From positions 1,994 through 65,993 of the forward strand of contig BEIA01000001.1 in the NCBI GenBank assembly GCA_002898715.1: a stretch of 64,000 bases of DNA, given 5' to 3'. Positions 21,189 through 30,797 of this stretch are shown here, piece by piece; position 1 is the stretch's first letter; every line of letters starts with the position of its first letter. The notes under the pieces are model-generated. The model did not search any database, was not told the origin of the DNA, and saw only the letters and a list, made by a program, of their open reading frames with translations. Position numbers and translations under genes: made by a program. This DNA is from a bacterium HR24 (GTDB taxonomy: Bacteria; Chloroflexota; Dehalococcoidia; SM23-28-2; HRBIN24).

Positions 21189-22265
21189 ATGCCTGCCGTC
21201 CCATCGCTGCTGCTGGTGGACCCCGACGAGGCTGCTCGCGAGGAGACGCGTCGCCTCCTGTCGGTGGCCGGCCTAGCGGTGGTAGCCCATGCCGGCTACG
21301 GGCCCGAGGCCGTGCGGCTCCTGCAGGAGATGCGCCCCGATGCCGTCGTCATGGCGGCAAGGGGCATGCCGCAGCGGGTGGAGGCGATGCTGGAGCGCCT
21401 GCGCCGGGCGGCGCCGGATGTCCCCGTCCTCCTCTACGGCATGCCGTCCTTCGCGGGCCGCGCCATGGCCCTTGGCGCCCGCTCCTGCCTGCCCGACCGC
21501 CCGGGGGATGCCCTGGTGGAGGCCGTGCGCTCCGTTCTGGCGGCGGAAGGGCGCCTCCGCAGCGCCGACGGCGCCCTCCCCGCAGGCGGCGCCGTCCTCG
21601 CCGTCGTGTCGGCCCGTGGCGGCGTGGGCAAGACGACGGTGGCCGCCGGCCTTGCTGCCGCCTTCCACGCGCGGCTGGAGCTCTCGGCCGTCCTCATCGA
21701 CTGCGACCCCTACGGCGGCGCTGCCGCCCTCTTGCCCCACGACCGAGGGGCGCCGGCCGTCCTGCCGCCGTCGGCCCTCGAAGAGGCGCAGCGGCTGGCG
21801 GGCGCCCACGACTGGGTGGTAGTGGACACGGCTGCCGGCCTGCGGGAGGAGGCGCTGCGCGCCCTCGAGCTCTGCGACCTGGCCCTGCTGGTGACGACCC
21901 CGGAGGTGGGGGCCCTCAGGGAGCACGGCCGCGCCATCAGGCAGCTCGCCGACTGGGGCTTCCCGCCGGACCGCCTCCTGGCGGTCCTGGACCGCACCCA
22001 CCCCTCCCATACGGCACCGGCGGCGGAGGTTGCCCGCGCCCTGGACTGGGAGGTGGTCGCCGACATCCCCTACGACCGGCGGCTGCGACGCCTGGCGGGA
22101 GAGGGCGTGACGCCGGTGCTGGCCGCCCCCTCCTCGCCGGCCGCCCGCTCCCTCCTCCGGCTGGCCGCCCGGCTGGCGGGCGTGGGCGACCCTTCCCGCC
22201 GGCGCCGCCTGAGCCTGCCGCCCCTCCTGGCTGCCCTCCTGCGGCGCCGGGGCGGCGCTGTGTGA
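21189..22265 (+). CDS. cpaE: CpaE/TadZ-like pilus-assembly protein (receiver-like N-domain + ParA/MinD-type ATPase)
   Basis: Deviant Walker A VVSARGGVGKTTVAAGLAAA, MinD/ParA-like core, N-terminal pseudo-receiver; heads a cpaF-tadB-tadC operon. Confidence 0.7.
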   Translation: MPAVPSLLLVDPDEAAREETRRLLSVAGLAVVAHAGYGPEAVRLLQEMRPDAVVMAARGMPQRVEAMLERLRRAAPDVPVLLYGMPSFAGRAMALGARSCLPDRPGDALVEAVRSVLAAEGRLRSADGALPAGGAVLAVVSARGGVGKTTVAAGLAAAFHARLELSAVLIDCDPYGGAAALLPHDRGAPAVLPPSALEEAQRLAGAHDWVVVDTAAGLREEALRALELCDLALLVTTPEVGALREHGRAIRQLADWGFPPDRLLAVLDRTHPSHTAPAAEVARALDWEVVADIPYDRRLRRLAGEGVTPVLAAPSSPAARSLLRLAARLAGVGDPSRRRRLSLPPLLAALLRRRGGAV

Positions 22266-22323
22266 GAAAGGCGTCATATGTCACGTCTAACGCATGCTAT
22301 AATGCCTCCCGTAGCGGAGCGAG

Positions 22324-23757
22324 GTGACGCCGAGCATGCCCACAGGATGGCGCCGTCCTGAGCGGCCGCCGCCGGGCCAGCCTGCGCGCTTGCCCCCCAT
22401 GGCTCCCCCGGTGCGGGCGCCCGAGCCCTCCGGGGGCGCCGGATCGGAGCCGGCCGGGCCGCCAGCCCTCCCTCCCGACCTGGAAGAGGCGGCCCTCGCC
22501 ATATATGACGCCCTGCTGCGCGACCTGGACACGGCCCGCCTGGGCCGCCTCTCTCCCGAGGAGGCCGCCGCAGCAGCCAGGGAGGCGGCCAGGCGTGAGG
22601 TAGAGGCGCGCCACCCCGACCTCTCGTCCCCCCTCCAGGAACGGCTCATAGAGAGGGCCCTCTGGGAGGTGGTGGGGCTGGGACCCCTGGAGCCGCTCCT
22701 GCGGGACCCGACCGTCACCGAGGTGATGGTCAACTCGCCCGTCGAGGTGTTCGTGGAGCGCGGCGGCCGCCTCCTCCGCGTCCCCGTGCGCTTCCGGGAC
22801 GGGGAGCACATCATGCGCATCGTCCAGCGCATCCTCGCCCCCCTCGGCCGCCACGTGGACGAGGCGTCGCCCATGGTGGACGCCCGGCTGCCCGACGGCT
22901 CCCGCGTCAACGTCATCATCCCTCCCCTGTGCCCCCGCAGCCCGGCCGTCACTATCCGCCGCTTCCGCTCGGAGCCGTTCTCCCTGGACGACCTGGTGGG
23001 CCTCGGCAGCCTGCCTGCCCCCCTTGCCGCCTTCCTGGCAGCTGCCGTGCAGGCCAAGACGAACATCCTCATCTCCGGCGGCACGGGATCGGGCAAGACG
23101 ACGCTCCTTGCCGCCCTGGCGGGGCACATCCCCGGCGACGAGCGCGTCATCACCATCGAGGACCCCATCGAGCTCCGCCTCAAGCGGGAGCACCTCCTGC
23201 AGCTGGAGGCGCGACCGCCGGGCATCGAGGGGCGGGGGGAGGTAACACAGCGCGACCTCCTGCGCAACGCCCTGCGCATGCGCCCCGACCGCATCATCGT
23301 CGGCGAGGTGCGCGGCCCCGAGGCGTTCGACATGCTCAACGCCATGAACACCGGCCACGAGGGCTCCCTCTCCACCATCCACGCCAACTCGGTGGACGAC
23401 GCGCTGCACCGCCTGGAGAACATGGTCCTCATGGCCGGGTTCGACCTCCCCCTCAGGGCAGTGCGGGAACAGGTGGCGTCGGCCCTGCACCTGGTGGTCC
23501 AGGTGTCGCGCCTGCCCGACGGCCGCCGGCGCGTCGTCCAGGTGATGGAGGTCCTGGGCATGGAGGGCGACCAGGTGTCGCGCCAGGAGCTGTACCGCTG
23601 GCGCCAGATGGGGGTGGACCCATCGGGCCAGGTCGTAGGCCGCGACGAGGTAGCCCCCCTGCGGCCCCGCCTGGCCGACCGCCTGGAGGCGGCGGGGTTG
23701 GCCGACGCGGTGCGCTCCCTCATGGCCATGGCCGAGGAGGTGGCATCCTGGCGCTAG
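22324..23757 (+). CDS. cpaF: CpaF/TadA-family secretion ATPase (type II/IV secretion NTPase)
   Basis: Walker A ILISGGTGSGKTTLL, Asp box and His box (IIVGEVRGPEAFDMLNAMNTGHEGSLSTIHANS); T2SSE-family core. Confidence 0.85.
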   Translation: MTPSMPTGWRRPERPPPGQPARLPPMAPPVRAPEPSGGAGSEPAGPPALPPDLEEAALAIYDALLRDLDTARLGRLSPEEAAAAAREAARREVEARHPDLSSPLQERLIERALWEVVGLGPLEPLLRDPTVTEVMVNSPVEVFVERGGRLLRVPVRFRDGEHIMRIVQRILAPLGRHVDEASPMVDARLPDGSRVNVIIPPLCPRSPAVTIRRFRSEPFSLDDLVGLGSLPAPLAAFLAAAVQAKTNILISGGTGSGKTTLLAALAGHIPGDERVITIEDPIELRLKREHLLQLEARPPGIEGRGEVTQRDLLRNALRMRPDRIIVGEVRGPEAFDMLNAMNTGHEGSLSTIHANSVDDALHRLENMVLMAGFDLPLRAVREQVASALHLVVQVSRLPDGRRRVVQVMEVLGMEGDQVSRQELYRWRQMGVDPSGQVVGRDEVAPLRPRLADRLEAAGLADAVRSLMAMAEEVASWR

Positions 23758-24644
23758 CGGCAGCCTTGCTCGCCGGCATCGCCGTCTTCCTGGCCCTCCT
23801 GCCCCCGCCCGGCCCGACCCTTGCCGAGCTGGTGCGCGGCGACCTGCCGCACCGCCGGTCGCGGCCCCGGCCGGTGCCGCTGCGCCGCCGCCGAGAGGCC
23901 ATCCTGGACCGCCGGCTGGCACAGGCAGGCATCCCCATGCGGGGCGCCGCCTTCCGGGCCCTCTGCATCGGCGCCGGCGCCCTCATCGCTGCCGCCGGCG
24001 CCCTGGCCGGCCTGCCCGTCCCTGCCCTCCTGCCCCTGCCCCTGGCGACCCTGCTCCTTGGGAGCGCCATCGTCGCCATGCGTGCCGACCGTGCCTGCGG
24101 CCGCATGGAGGCTGCCCTGGTGGGAGCCCTGCCGTCCCTGGTCGCCTCGCTGCGGGCAGGGGTGGGCATCGAGCTCGCCCTGGCCGAGCTCGCCTCGCGG
24201 GCGGCACCGCCCCTGCGTGAGGAGCTGGAGGGCGTCCTCGCCCAGGTCCGCCTGGGCCTCCCCCTCCCTCAGGCGCTGGAGGAGATGGCAGCCCGCTGGC
24301 CCCTGCCGCCGGTGCGCACCCTGGCCATGGCCGTCGCCCTCCAGCGGGAGACGGGCGGCCCCCTCGCCGAGGTGCTGCAGGTGGCCGAGGAGGGGATCCG
24401 CAGCCGGCACGAGCTGCTGGGAGAGGTACGCTCCCTCACCGCCCAGCAGCGGCTCACGGCCTACCTGCTGCTGGCCCTGCCCTTCGCCGTCATGGGCGGG
24501 GTATCCCTCTTCTCGCCCGACTATGCCTCCCGCCTCTTCCTCACCACCGCCGGCCGCCTCATGCTCACCGGCGCCATCCTCCTCCAGGCGGTGGGCTACT
24601 TCTTCATGCGCTCCTTCATGAGGGTGGAGGTATACGGTGGCTAA
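23748..24644 (+). CDS. tadB: TadB-like inner-membrane platform protein (T2SS-F domain)
   Basis: C-terminal ~300 aa of ORF 22929-24644: TM helices plus the T2SSF-type cytoplasmic domain (LPLPQALEEMAARWPLPPVRTLAMAVALQRETGGPLAEVL); 5' end uncertain (no clean ATG; possible CTG/TTG start after GAGGAGG). Confidence 0.6.
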   Translation: MALAAALLAGIAVFLALLPPPGPTLAELVRGDLPHRRSRPRPVPLRRRREAILDRRLAQAGIPMRGAAFRALCIGAGALIAAAGALAGLPVPALLPLPLATLLLGSAIVAMRADRACGRMEAALVGALPSLVASLRAGVGIELALAELASRAAPPLREELEGVLAQVRLGLPLPQALEEMAARWPLPPVRTLAMAVALQRETGGPLAEVLQVAEEGIRSRHELLGEVRSLTAQQRLTAYLLLALPFAVMGGVSLFSPDYASRLFLTTAGRLMLTGAILLQAVGYFFMRSFMRVEVYGG

Positions 24645-25467
24645 CATCGCTGCCGTCCTGGCAGGGCTTGCCGTCGTCCTCCTCCTCTGGCCTCAGGAGA
24701 CGACGGCCGCGAGGGGGAGCGGCCTCCGCTCTGTGCTCGCCTCGCTGCAGGAGCGGCTGGGCAGCCTCCTCGTGCGCCTCCTCCCCTCGCGTCTCGTGAG
24801 CGCCCTCGCCTTCGACCTGGACCGCTCCGGCCTACCCCTCAACCTGCCGTCCTTCGCCCTCCTCTGGGCTCTCTCGGCCCTTGCCCTGCCGCTTCCGGCC
24901 CTCCTCATGGGGGACGGGGGCCCCCTGTCACGCCTGCTCATCGTCCTCTCCCTGGCAGCAGGCATTGCGGCGCCGCCCTACTGGCTCCGGCTGCGCATAC
25001 GCCACCGCCGGCAGGCTGCCCTGAGCGAACTGCCCCTCTTCCTGGACCTGCTGCGCGTCGCCGTCCAGGCCGGCCAGGGCATCGATGCCGCCCTCGCCCA
25101 CGTGGGCCGCCACCTCTCGGGGCCCCTGGGCGAGGAGGTGCTGCGCCTCCTCCACCGCCTCCGGCTGGGATACGACCGCGAGGAGGCGTACCTAACATTT
25201 GCCCGCCGGCTGGACCTGGAGGAGGCCCATTCCCTCATCTCGGCCATCATGCAGGCCGAGCGCACGGGAGGGGGCCTCGCCCCCGCCCTGGCCTCCCAGG
25301 CCTCCTACCTGCGGGGCCGCCTCCGGCAGCGGGCCCAGGAGGAGGCGCGCCAGGCGCCCATCAAGATGCTCCTGCCCATGGCGTTCTGTCTGCTGCCCGC
25401 GATGATGGTAGTGCTCATGGGACCTGCCGTCCTGGACCTGGTGCAGAGCTTGCGCGGGGCGAGGTGA
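24637..25467 (+). CDS. tadC: TadC-like inner-membrane platform protein (T2SS-F domain)
   Basis: GTG start overlapping the tadB stop; T2SSF-like core (LPLFLDLLRVAVQAGQGIDAALAHV ... AIMQAERTGGGLAPAL) with flanking TM helices. Confidence 0.65.
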   Translation: MANIAAVLAGLAVVLLLWPQETTAARGSGLRSVLASLQERLGSLLVRLLPSRLVSALAFDLDRSGLPLNLPSFALLWALSALALPLPALLMGDGGPLSRLLIVLSLAAGIAAPPYWLRLRIRHRRQAALSELPLFLDLLRVAVQAGQGIDAALAHVGRHLSGPLGEEVLRLLHRLRLGYDREEAYLTFARRLDLEEAHSLISAIMQAERTGGGLAPALASQASYLRGRLRQRAQEEARQAPIKMLLPMAFCLLPAMMVVLMGPAVLDLVQSLRGAR

Positions 25468-25880
25468 TGGCGATGACGGCGCCCTTCCACCCACCTGGCT
25501 GCCGCACGGACGATGCCGCCCCTCGCCTCCCGGCCGTCGTGGACGAGCTCATGGCCCAGTGGCAGGAGACACGCTCGCTTTTGCAGGCAGCGGTGCAGCA
25601 CCTGCGACGGCTCCTCGCCGCCCGGCCCTGGCAGGAGGAGCTGGAGCGCCTCCGCCGCCGCGTGGAGGCGCTGGAGCGGGAGCGCGATGCCCTCTGGCAG
25701 GAGGTGTGGCAGCTGCGACGCCGCCTGGAGCAGGAGTCCTCCCTCCTGTCCCTGCCCCAGCGGCTGGCCCTGGCCAGGGACGAGCTGGCGACCCTGCAGC
25801 AGGAGCTGCACCGGCTATCGCGCGCCATCGAGCGCGCCTCGGCCGCCATCGAGGAGGCCGGCCCGGAGGAGGAGGTGTGA
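25464..25880 (+). CDS. Coiled-coil protein (hypothetical)
   Basis: Heptad-rich, Arg/Glu/Leu-rich sequence (ELERLRRRVEALERERDALWQEVWQLRRRLEQE); stop-start overlap with tadC. Confidence 0.4.
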   Translation: MMAMTAPFHPPGCRTDDAAPRLPAVVDELMAQWQETRSLLQAAVQHLRRLLAARPWQEELERLRRRVEALERERDALWQEVWQLRRRLEQESSLLSLPQRLALARDELATLQQELHRLSRAIERASAAIEEAGPEEEV

Positions 25881-25899
25881 GGCCCTGATCCTGCCCTGT

Positions 25900-26568
25900 A
25901 TGGAGCATCGCCAAGGCCGTAGCGCCCACCTGTACGCCTGGCGCCACTGGCAGGCGCCGGACCCGCACGACCTGGCCTGGCGCGTCTTCTTCGGCGCCCT
26001 GCGCATGCCGGTGGAGTACCGGGTGGGACACCTGCGCCTGGCCTGCGTATGGCGTGGCCACCCGCCCGATGCCTCCTGCTACACCGTCACCTGGTTCTGG
26101 CTGCCCTCCCTTGCCAAGGGGTGGCTCGTCCTCCCGCCCCTTCCTGTGGAGGAGCCCATCGGTTATGCCCTCACCCCGGTCACGAGCCTCGCCCGGCTCA
26201 TAGGTGCCCCCCTCTACATAGCCACCATGCCGCCTGCCCTGAGCTCGTCCTGGTCCGACCTGTGCGGCCGCTGCCCTTCGCTGCCGGACGACTACGAGGG
26301 CTACTACGTGGTCTACCCCGATCTGGGCTGGGACCATTTCCAGCAGTGGTGCCAGTGCCCATCATGTGGCGCCATCGATGTCCAATTCGAGGCGAGGGCC
26401 GCCCGCAACTGCGGCTGCCGGCCCGACGACGACCGGGGCCATAACGCGCACACGCTTGCCCTTTGTGGCGCCTATCAGGCTGCCCAGGCCTGCCTGCGGG
26501 ACCAGCCGCTCTATGCGGTCTCGCGCCTGTGGCGGGAGCTGTGCGCTCCGGACAGGGCGTGGAGGTGA
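25900..26568 (+). CDS. Cys-rich hypothetical protein
   Basis: Start MEHRQG; multiple CxxC-like pairs (CQCPSCG, CGCRPDDD, CGRCPSLPDDYEGYY); no recognisable fold. Confidence 0.4.
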   Translation: MEHRQGRSAHLYAWRHWQAPDPHDLAWRVFFGALRMPVEYRVGHLRLACVWRGHPPDASCYTVTWFWLPSLAKGWLVLPPLPVEEPIGYALTPVTSLARLIGAPLYIATMPPALSSSWSDLCGRCPSLPDDYEGYYVVYPDLGWDHFQQWCQCPSCGAIDVQFEARAARNCGCRPDDDRGHNAHTLALCGAYQAAQACLRDQPLYAVSRLWRELCAPDRAWR

Positions 26569-26575
26569 TGACCCG

Positions 26576-27451
26576 ATGGTGATGCCCATCGACCTGTCCC
26601 TGCATCAGGACGGCCCGGCTGCTCCGGAGGTCTACCGGGAGGCCGCGGTCCCGGCGGACGCCGCCGTGCCGCTGCCGTACGCCCTGCACGCCGTCGTCCC
26701 TGGCGACACCCTATGGGATATCGCCCGTCGCTACGGCACGTCCCTGCGCTGGCTCGTCCTCTCCAATCCCGACGTCGCGCCACACCCCGACCTCATCCGG
26801 CCGGGCCAGCAGCTGCTCGTGCCGCTGGGCGACGGGCTCGTCCACCGCCTGGCGCCGGGCGAGACGGTGGAGCAGGTGGCTGCCGCCTACGGCCTCGATG
26901 CCGCCGCCGTCCTCGCCCACCCCCTGAACCGGGGCGGCCTCCTCCCTTTCGCCCACGGCATCCTCTTCGTGCCCTCGCCCCGGTCGGTCGACGACCGGCA
27001 GCCGTCTGCCCCCTGGCACAGGGACCGGGTGCTGGGGGCCGTGCCTGCAGATGATGGCCTGCCCAGGGGCACGCCCCTCATAGGTCCCATCACATCCCTC
27101 TTCGGCGAGATGGCGCCCGAGCTCCGCTCCGGTCCCCACACGGGCATCGACATCGCTGCCCCGGCCGGCACGCCCGTCGTGGCCACCGCGTCCGGCGCCG
27201 TCGCCTTGGTCGCGTACGATGACGGCGGCTATGGGCTGTACGTGGTTATCGACCACGCCGGCCGCTATTCCACCCTGTACGCCCATCTGGGACAAGCAGC
27301 CGTCCGGCCCGGCCAGAGGGTGGAGCGGGGGCAGGTGATCGGCCGCGTGGGCACGAGCGGCCGCTCTACCGGCCCCCACCTGCACTACGAGGTCCGCCTG
27401 GCGGGCCGGCCCATTGACCCGCTGCTGACGCCGCGCGAGGGTGGGCCGTGA
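26576..27451 (+). CDS. Peptidoglycan hydrolase: two LysM repeats + M23 (LytM) metallo-endopeptidase
   Basis: LysM HAVVPGDTLWDIARRYGTSLRWLVLSNPDV and HRLAPGETVEQVAAAYGLDAAAVLAHP; M23 motifs HTGIDIAAPAGTPVVA, GRVGTSGRSTGPHLHYEV; GGAGGTG RBS. Confidence 0.8.
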   Translation: MVMPIDLSLHQDGPAAPEVYREAAVPADAAVPLPYALHAVVPGDTLWDIARRYGTSLRWLVLSNPDVAPHPDLIRPGQQLLVPLGDGLVHRLAPGETVEQVAAAYGLDAAAVLAHPLNRGGLLPFAHGILFVPSPRSVDDRQPSAPWHRDRVLGAVPADDGLPRGTPLIGPITSLFGEMAPELRSGPHTGIDIAAPAGTPVVATASGAVALVAYDDGGYGLYVVIDHAGRYSTLYAHLGQAAVRPGQRVERGQVIGRVGTSGRSTGPHLHYEVRLAGRPIDPLLTPREGGP

Positions 27452-29034
27452 TGGCGAGACGCAAGACTCCCCCCACACCTGTAGAGCTGCCGCCCCTCAC
27501 CGACGAGCAGGAGGCGGTGGTGGACGCCGTCCTGCAGGGACAGGACCTGAAGGTCCAGGCCTTCGCCGGCAGCGGCAAGACCACCACGCTCCTTGCCGTT
27601 GCCCGCGCCTACCTGGAGAGGCATCCCGAGGCACGGGTCCTCTATGTCACCTTCAACAACCGCCTCCTCAAGGAGGCCAAGGCCCGCTTCGAGGCCCTGG
27701 ACGCCTCCCTGCCGGGGGCAGGCAAGCGCCGCATCTATGCCTTCACCAACCACGGCCTGGCGTTCCACCACCTGGGCTGGCGCTACAGCGACCGGCTCCT
27801 CTCCGGGGGGTCCCTCCTCCAGGTGCGGCATGCCCTGCTGGAGCGCCTGCCCAGCCTGGGCGACTTCCGGCCCCTCCTCTACCCCGAGGATGCGGCCATC
27901 ATCGTCCTCGAGGCCCTCACCCGCTACATGTACTCGGCCGACGCCCGGCCCGGGCGGGAGCATCTGCCGGAGCTGCTGCCCTACGTCCTGGACGACCCCA
28001 TCTACGAGCCGGTGGTACGTGCCCTTGTTGCCCTGATGTGGCAGGCATGGCAGCTCCTCTCCGCCCCAGGGGAGCTGTCCGACCTGCCCATCATCCACGA
28101 CGTTTACCTCAAGACCTTCCAGCTCATGTCGCCCCGCCTCAACTACGACCTCATACTGCTCGATGAGGCGCAGGACGCCAACCCCGCCATGCTGGACATC
28201 ATTCTGCGTCAGCCGGCCCAGAAGGTGTGCGTGGGGGACGCCTACCAGCAGATCTACGCCTGGCGCGGGGCCGTCAACGCCATGGCATCGCTCCCCTGGC
28301 CGTCATACCCCCTCACCACCTCCTGGCGCTTCGGCGACGCCATCGCCGCCTACGCGTCCCGCCTCCTGCAGACCTTCCTGGGCGAAGAGGCTGCCATCAG
28401 GGGGGCGCCGGGCAAGACGTCGTCCATCGGCCCCCTCGCCGCCGCCGATGCCGTCATCGCCCGCACCAACGTGGGCGCCCTGCGCGAGCTGCTCATGCTC
28501 CTCCAGAAGGGAAGCAGGGTGGCCTTCGCCGGGCCCCTTGCCGACCTGACCGACGCCCTCATGGCCGCCTACCGCCTCTGGCGGGGCTACAGGCCTGCCC
28601 ACCCCGAGTTCGCGGTCTTCCGGAGCTGGGACCAGCTGCTGGCCCTCATGCAGCGCCTGCCGGCCGTCGCCAACCAGTACCGCCCCTACGTCAACATGGT
28701 GGAGGAGTTCCGGGACGAGGTCCCACGCATCTGCCAGACTGTACGCTCCCTGGTGGCCGTCGACGCCGGGGGCACCCGCCACTCGTGGGACGTGACCGTC
28801 TCCACCGCTCACCGCGCCAAGGGCCGTGAGTGGCGCCGGGTCCGCCTGGCGGCCGACTGGGCTGCCTTCTACCTCGTGGCCTTCGACGGGACCGTCAACG
28901 CCGAGGAGGTCAACGTGGCCTACGTGGCCGCCACGCGGGCGGCCGAGGCCCTCGACCCGGGAGGGCTCGACGAGGCAGTCGAGAGGGCGGCGGGCATGCT
29001 GGGCGAGGCGGCCACCGTCTACCCCTTCTCCTGA
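27451..29034 (+). CDS. Superfamily-1 DNA helicase (UvrD/Rep/PcrA-like, short form)
   Basis: Walker A VQAFAGSGKTTTLLAV; LILLDEAQDANP; UvrD_C-like WRFGDAIAAYASRLL and STAHRAKGREW; no relaxase domain. Confidence 0.75.
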   Translation: MARRKTPPTPVELPPLTDEQEAVVDAVLQGQDLKVQAFAGSGKTTTLLAVARAYLERHPEARVLYVTFNNRLLKEAKARFEALDASLPGAGKRRIYAFTNHGLAFHHLGWRYSDRLLSGGSLLQVRHALLERLPSLGDFRPLLYPEDAAIIVLEALTRYMYSADARPGREHLPELLPYVLDDPIYEPVVRALVALMWQAWQLLSAPGELSDLPIIHDVYLKTFQLMSPRLNYDLILLDEAQDANPAMLDIILRQPAQKVCVGDAYQQIYAWRGAVNAMASLPWPSYPLTTSWRFGDAIAAYASRLLQTFLGEEAAIRGAPGKTSSIGPLAAADAVIARTNVGALRELLMLLQKGSRVAFAGPLADLTDALMAAYRLWRGYRPAHPEFAVFRSWDQLLALMQRLPAVANQYRPYVNMVEEFRDEVPRICQTVRSLVAVDAGGTRHSWDVTVSTAHRAKGREWRRVRLAADWAAFYLVAFDGTVNAEEVNVAYVAATRAAEALDPGGLDEAVERAAGMLGEAATVYPFS

Positions 29035-29054
29035 CGGGCCGCCCCGCCGGCCTC

Positions 29055-30797
29055 CTACCCGTCGCCCGCCTCCCCATCGGGCCACAGGCCCGCAAAGAGG
29101 CCCCCTCGCCTTTCTCCGCCCACCTCGCGCCACACCTGCCCCAGGGCCCCCCTCGACTCGAGGGCGAGCATGTTGGTGGTCCGCACTGCCGGCAGCATGC
29201 CGCCGGGCATCACCTCCGTGGCCGCCCGGGCGATGGCCTCCTCGCGCGTCCCGTCGGGCGCCACCACCAGCAGCAGCGGCCAGTATAGGGGGCGACCGTA
29301 CCTCAGCAGGTGGCGGTAGTACCCCACGTACCCCCTCAGCTTCTGCCGCCAGCGGCCGTCGCCGGCGGTGCCCCGGTCCCACTCCAGCAGCAGGTGCACC
29401 ATCCTGCCCCCTATGACCACCGCCGCCGAAGCGTCGGGCACCAGCCGCCGCACGCGCCCATCCTCGGCGAACTCACGCGCCGTCAGGGGTGCCTCCCGCA
29501 GGGCCGCCACCCGTCCCCCAACGGCCCTCACCTCGCGGGCAAGCCTCGCGAGAAAGGCCCGCAGCTCCAGCTGGTGGGGCAGGAAGGACGGCGCCGGGAA
29601 GACCCGCTTGGCGCCTATGGGGATGCCCAGCAGCCGGCGTCCCAGCCGCTCCCCCTCGCCGGTGGCGGTCCACCTGCCCTCCACTTCCCTCGCAAGCCCC
29701 TCCCGCTCCATCGCCTCCAGCACCCGCCCCGCCTCCTCCGGCGTCGTGTCCGCCAGGGCAGCAACCTCGGCGGCGGTGCTGCCGGGGTGCCTGAGCAGCG
29801 CCGCCAGCACCCGCCTCCGCCCGGCGCCGGGAGGCATGGTGGGCGACCTCTCGCCACTCCCCGGCGGCGTCCAGGGCGGCAGGGCCGGCGCCCTCGCCTG
29901 GCGGAACGGCAGGGGCAAGGAGAGGGGCGCCTGGCCCAGACGGTGGAGGGTCGCATATAGCCGGCCCGTTCCCCTCCCCTCCACCCTGGTCCACAGCGCC
30001 TCCCAGGGACGAGAGAGGGCGCCGGCCGTGGCCATGTAGACCGGCGGCGCAGGCACACCCCTCCGGCCCCGGGAGGCAGAAAGGTACATGTCCCACTGGT
30101 CCATCTCCTCGTAGCTCGGCGTCACCAGCAGGAGCATGGCGCCGGCCATGACCGGCATCTCGGCCAGGAGACGCGTCCAGGCGCGGGCAAGGGCCTGGCG
30201 CTGCCTTGCCGGCCGCTCTTGCCTGTCCACCAGCACGAAGATGGGGGTGCACCAGTCCTCCCCCACCAGCACGACGATGCCCTGCGCGCCGGCGAAGGCT
30301 GCCCCCTCGACGCCCTGCCGGAGGCGGCACGCCTCCGCCACCGTCAGGCCCCGCTCGCGAGCGCCCCGCGCCAGCCTGGAGATGATGCGGGCGGCGGCGA
30401 GCGCGCCCGTCCCGTCCCACAGCAGGGCCTGCAGCCGCTGCGTCGCCAGCGGCAGGGCCTCCATCTGCACCCCCGCCGCCTCATAGGCCGCCAGCACCCC
30501 TTGGGATGGCAGCCACACCCGCACCACGTCCTCCCGCCCGGTGGAGACCATCTCCTCTCGTGCCCATCCCCTCCTGGCGAGCCTCTGCAGGGCAGCCTCC
30601 ACGTCGGGCAAGGCCATGCCCAGCAGGTCTGCCAGGTGCTCGGCCGCCGCCGCCGGGAGGCGCACCGTGCCCGCCAGCACACGCCGGTCATAGCGCTCCC
30701 AGGGCTTGAGACGTTCTAGGTCTGATGGCGCCGTGGGGGCGTCCATAACCGTCCCGGCGCCCCCACGGGAGTCCCCGTCCGACAGGACTGCTCTCAT
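29055..30797 (-). CDS. Replication-relaxation (Replic_Relax) family protein with two wHTH-like repeats
   Basis: 580 aa; N- and C-halves both carry a winged-helix-like segment followed by a similar conserved block (LVTPSYEEMDQW... / LLVVAPDGTREEA...), as in Replic_Relax proteins of actinomycete conjugative plasmids; co-directional with the T4SS genes. Confidence 0.5.
   Translation of the reverse strand: MRAVLSDGDSRGGAGTVMDAPTAPSDLERLKPWERYDRRVLAGTVRLPAAAAEHLADLLGMALPDVEAALQRLARRGWAREEMVSTGREDVVRVWLPSQGVLAAYEAAGVQMEALPLATQRLQALLWDGTGALAAARIISRLARGARERGLTVAEACRLRQGVEGAAFAGAQGIVVLVGEDWCTPIFVLVDRQERPARQRQALARAWTRLLAEMPVMAGAMLLLVTPSYEEMDQWDMYLSASRGRRGVPAPPVYMATAGALSRPWEALWTRVEGRGTGRLYATLHRLGQAPLSLPLPFRQARAPALPPWTPPGSGERSPTMPPGAGRRRVLAALLRHPGSTAAEVAALADTTPEEAGRVLEAMEREGLAREVEGRWTATGEGERLGRRLLGIPIGAKRVFPAPSFLPHQLELRAFLARLAREVRAVGGRVAALREAPLTAREFAEDGRVRRLVPDASAAVVIGGRMVHLLLEWDRGTAGDGRWRQKLRGYVGYYRHLLRYGRPLYWPLLLVVAPDGTREEAIARAATEVMPGGMLPAVRTTNMLALESRGALGQVWREVGGERRGGLFAGLWPDGEAGDG

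Noticed and set aside
22929-23700. N-terminal ~270 codons of the 571-aa ORF in the tadB frame
   Set aside because: This portion overlaps cpaF in another frame and is Gly/Arg/Pro-rich. Only the part after the cpaF stop looks like TadB.
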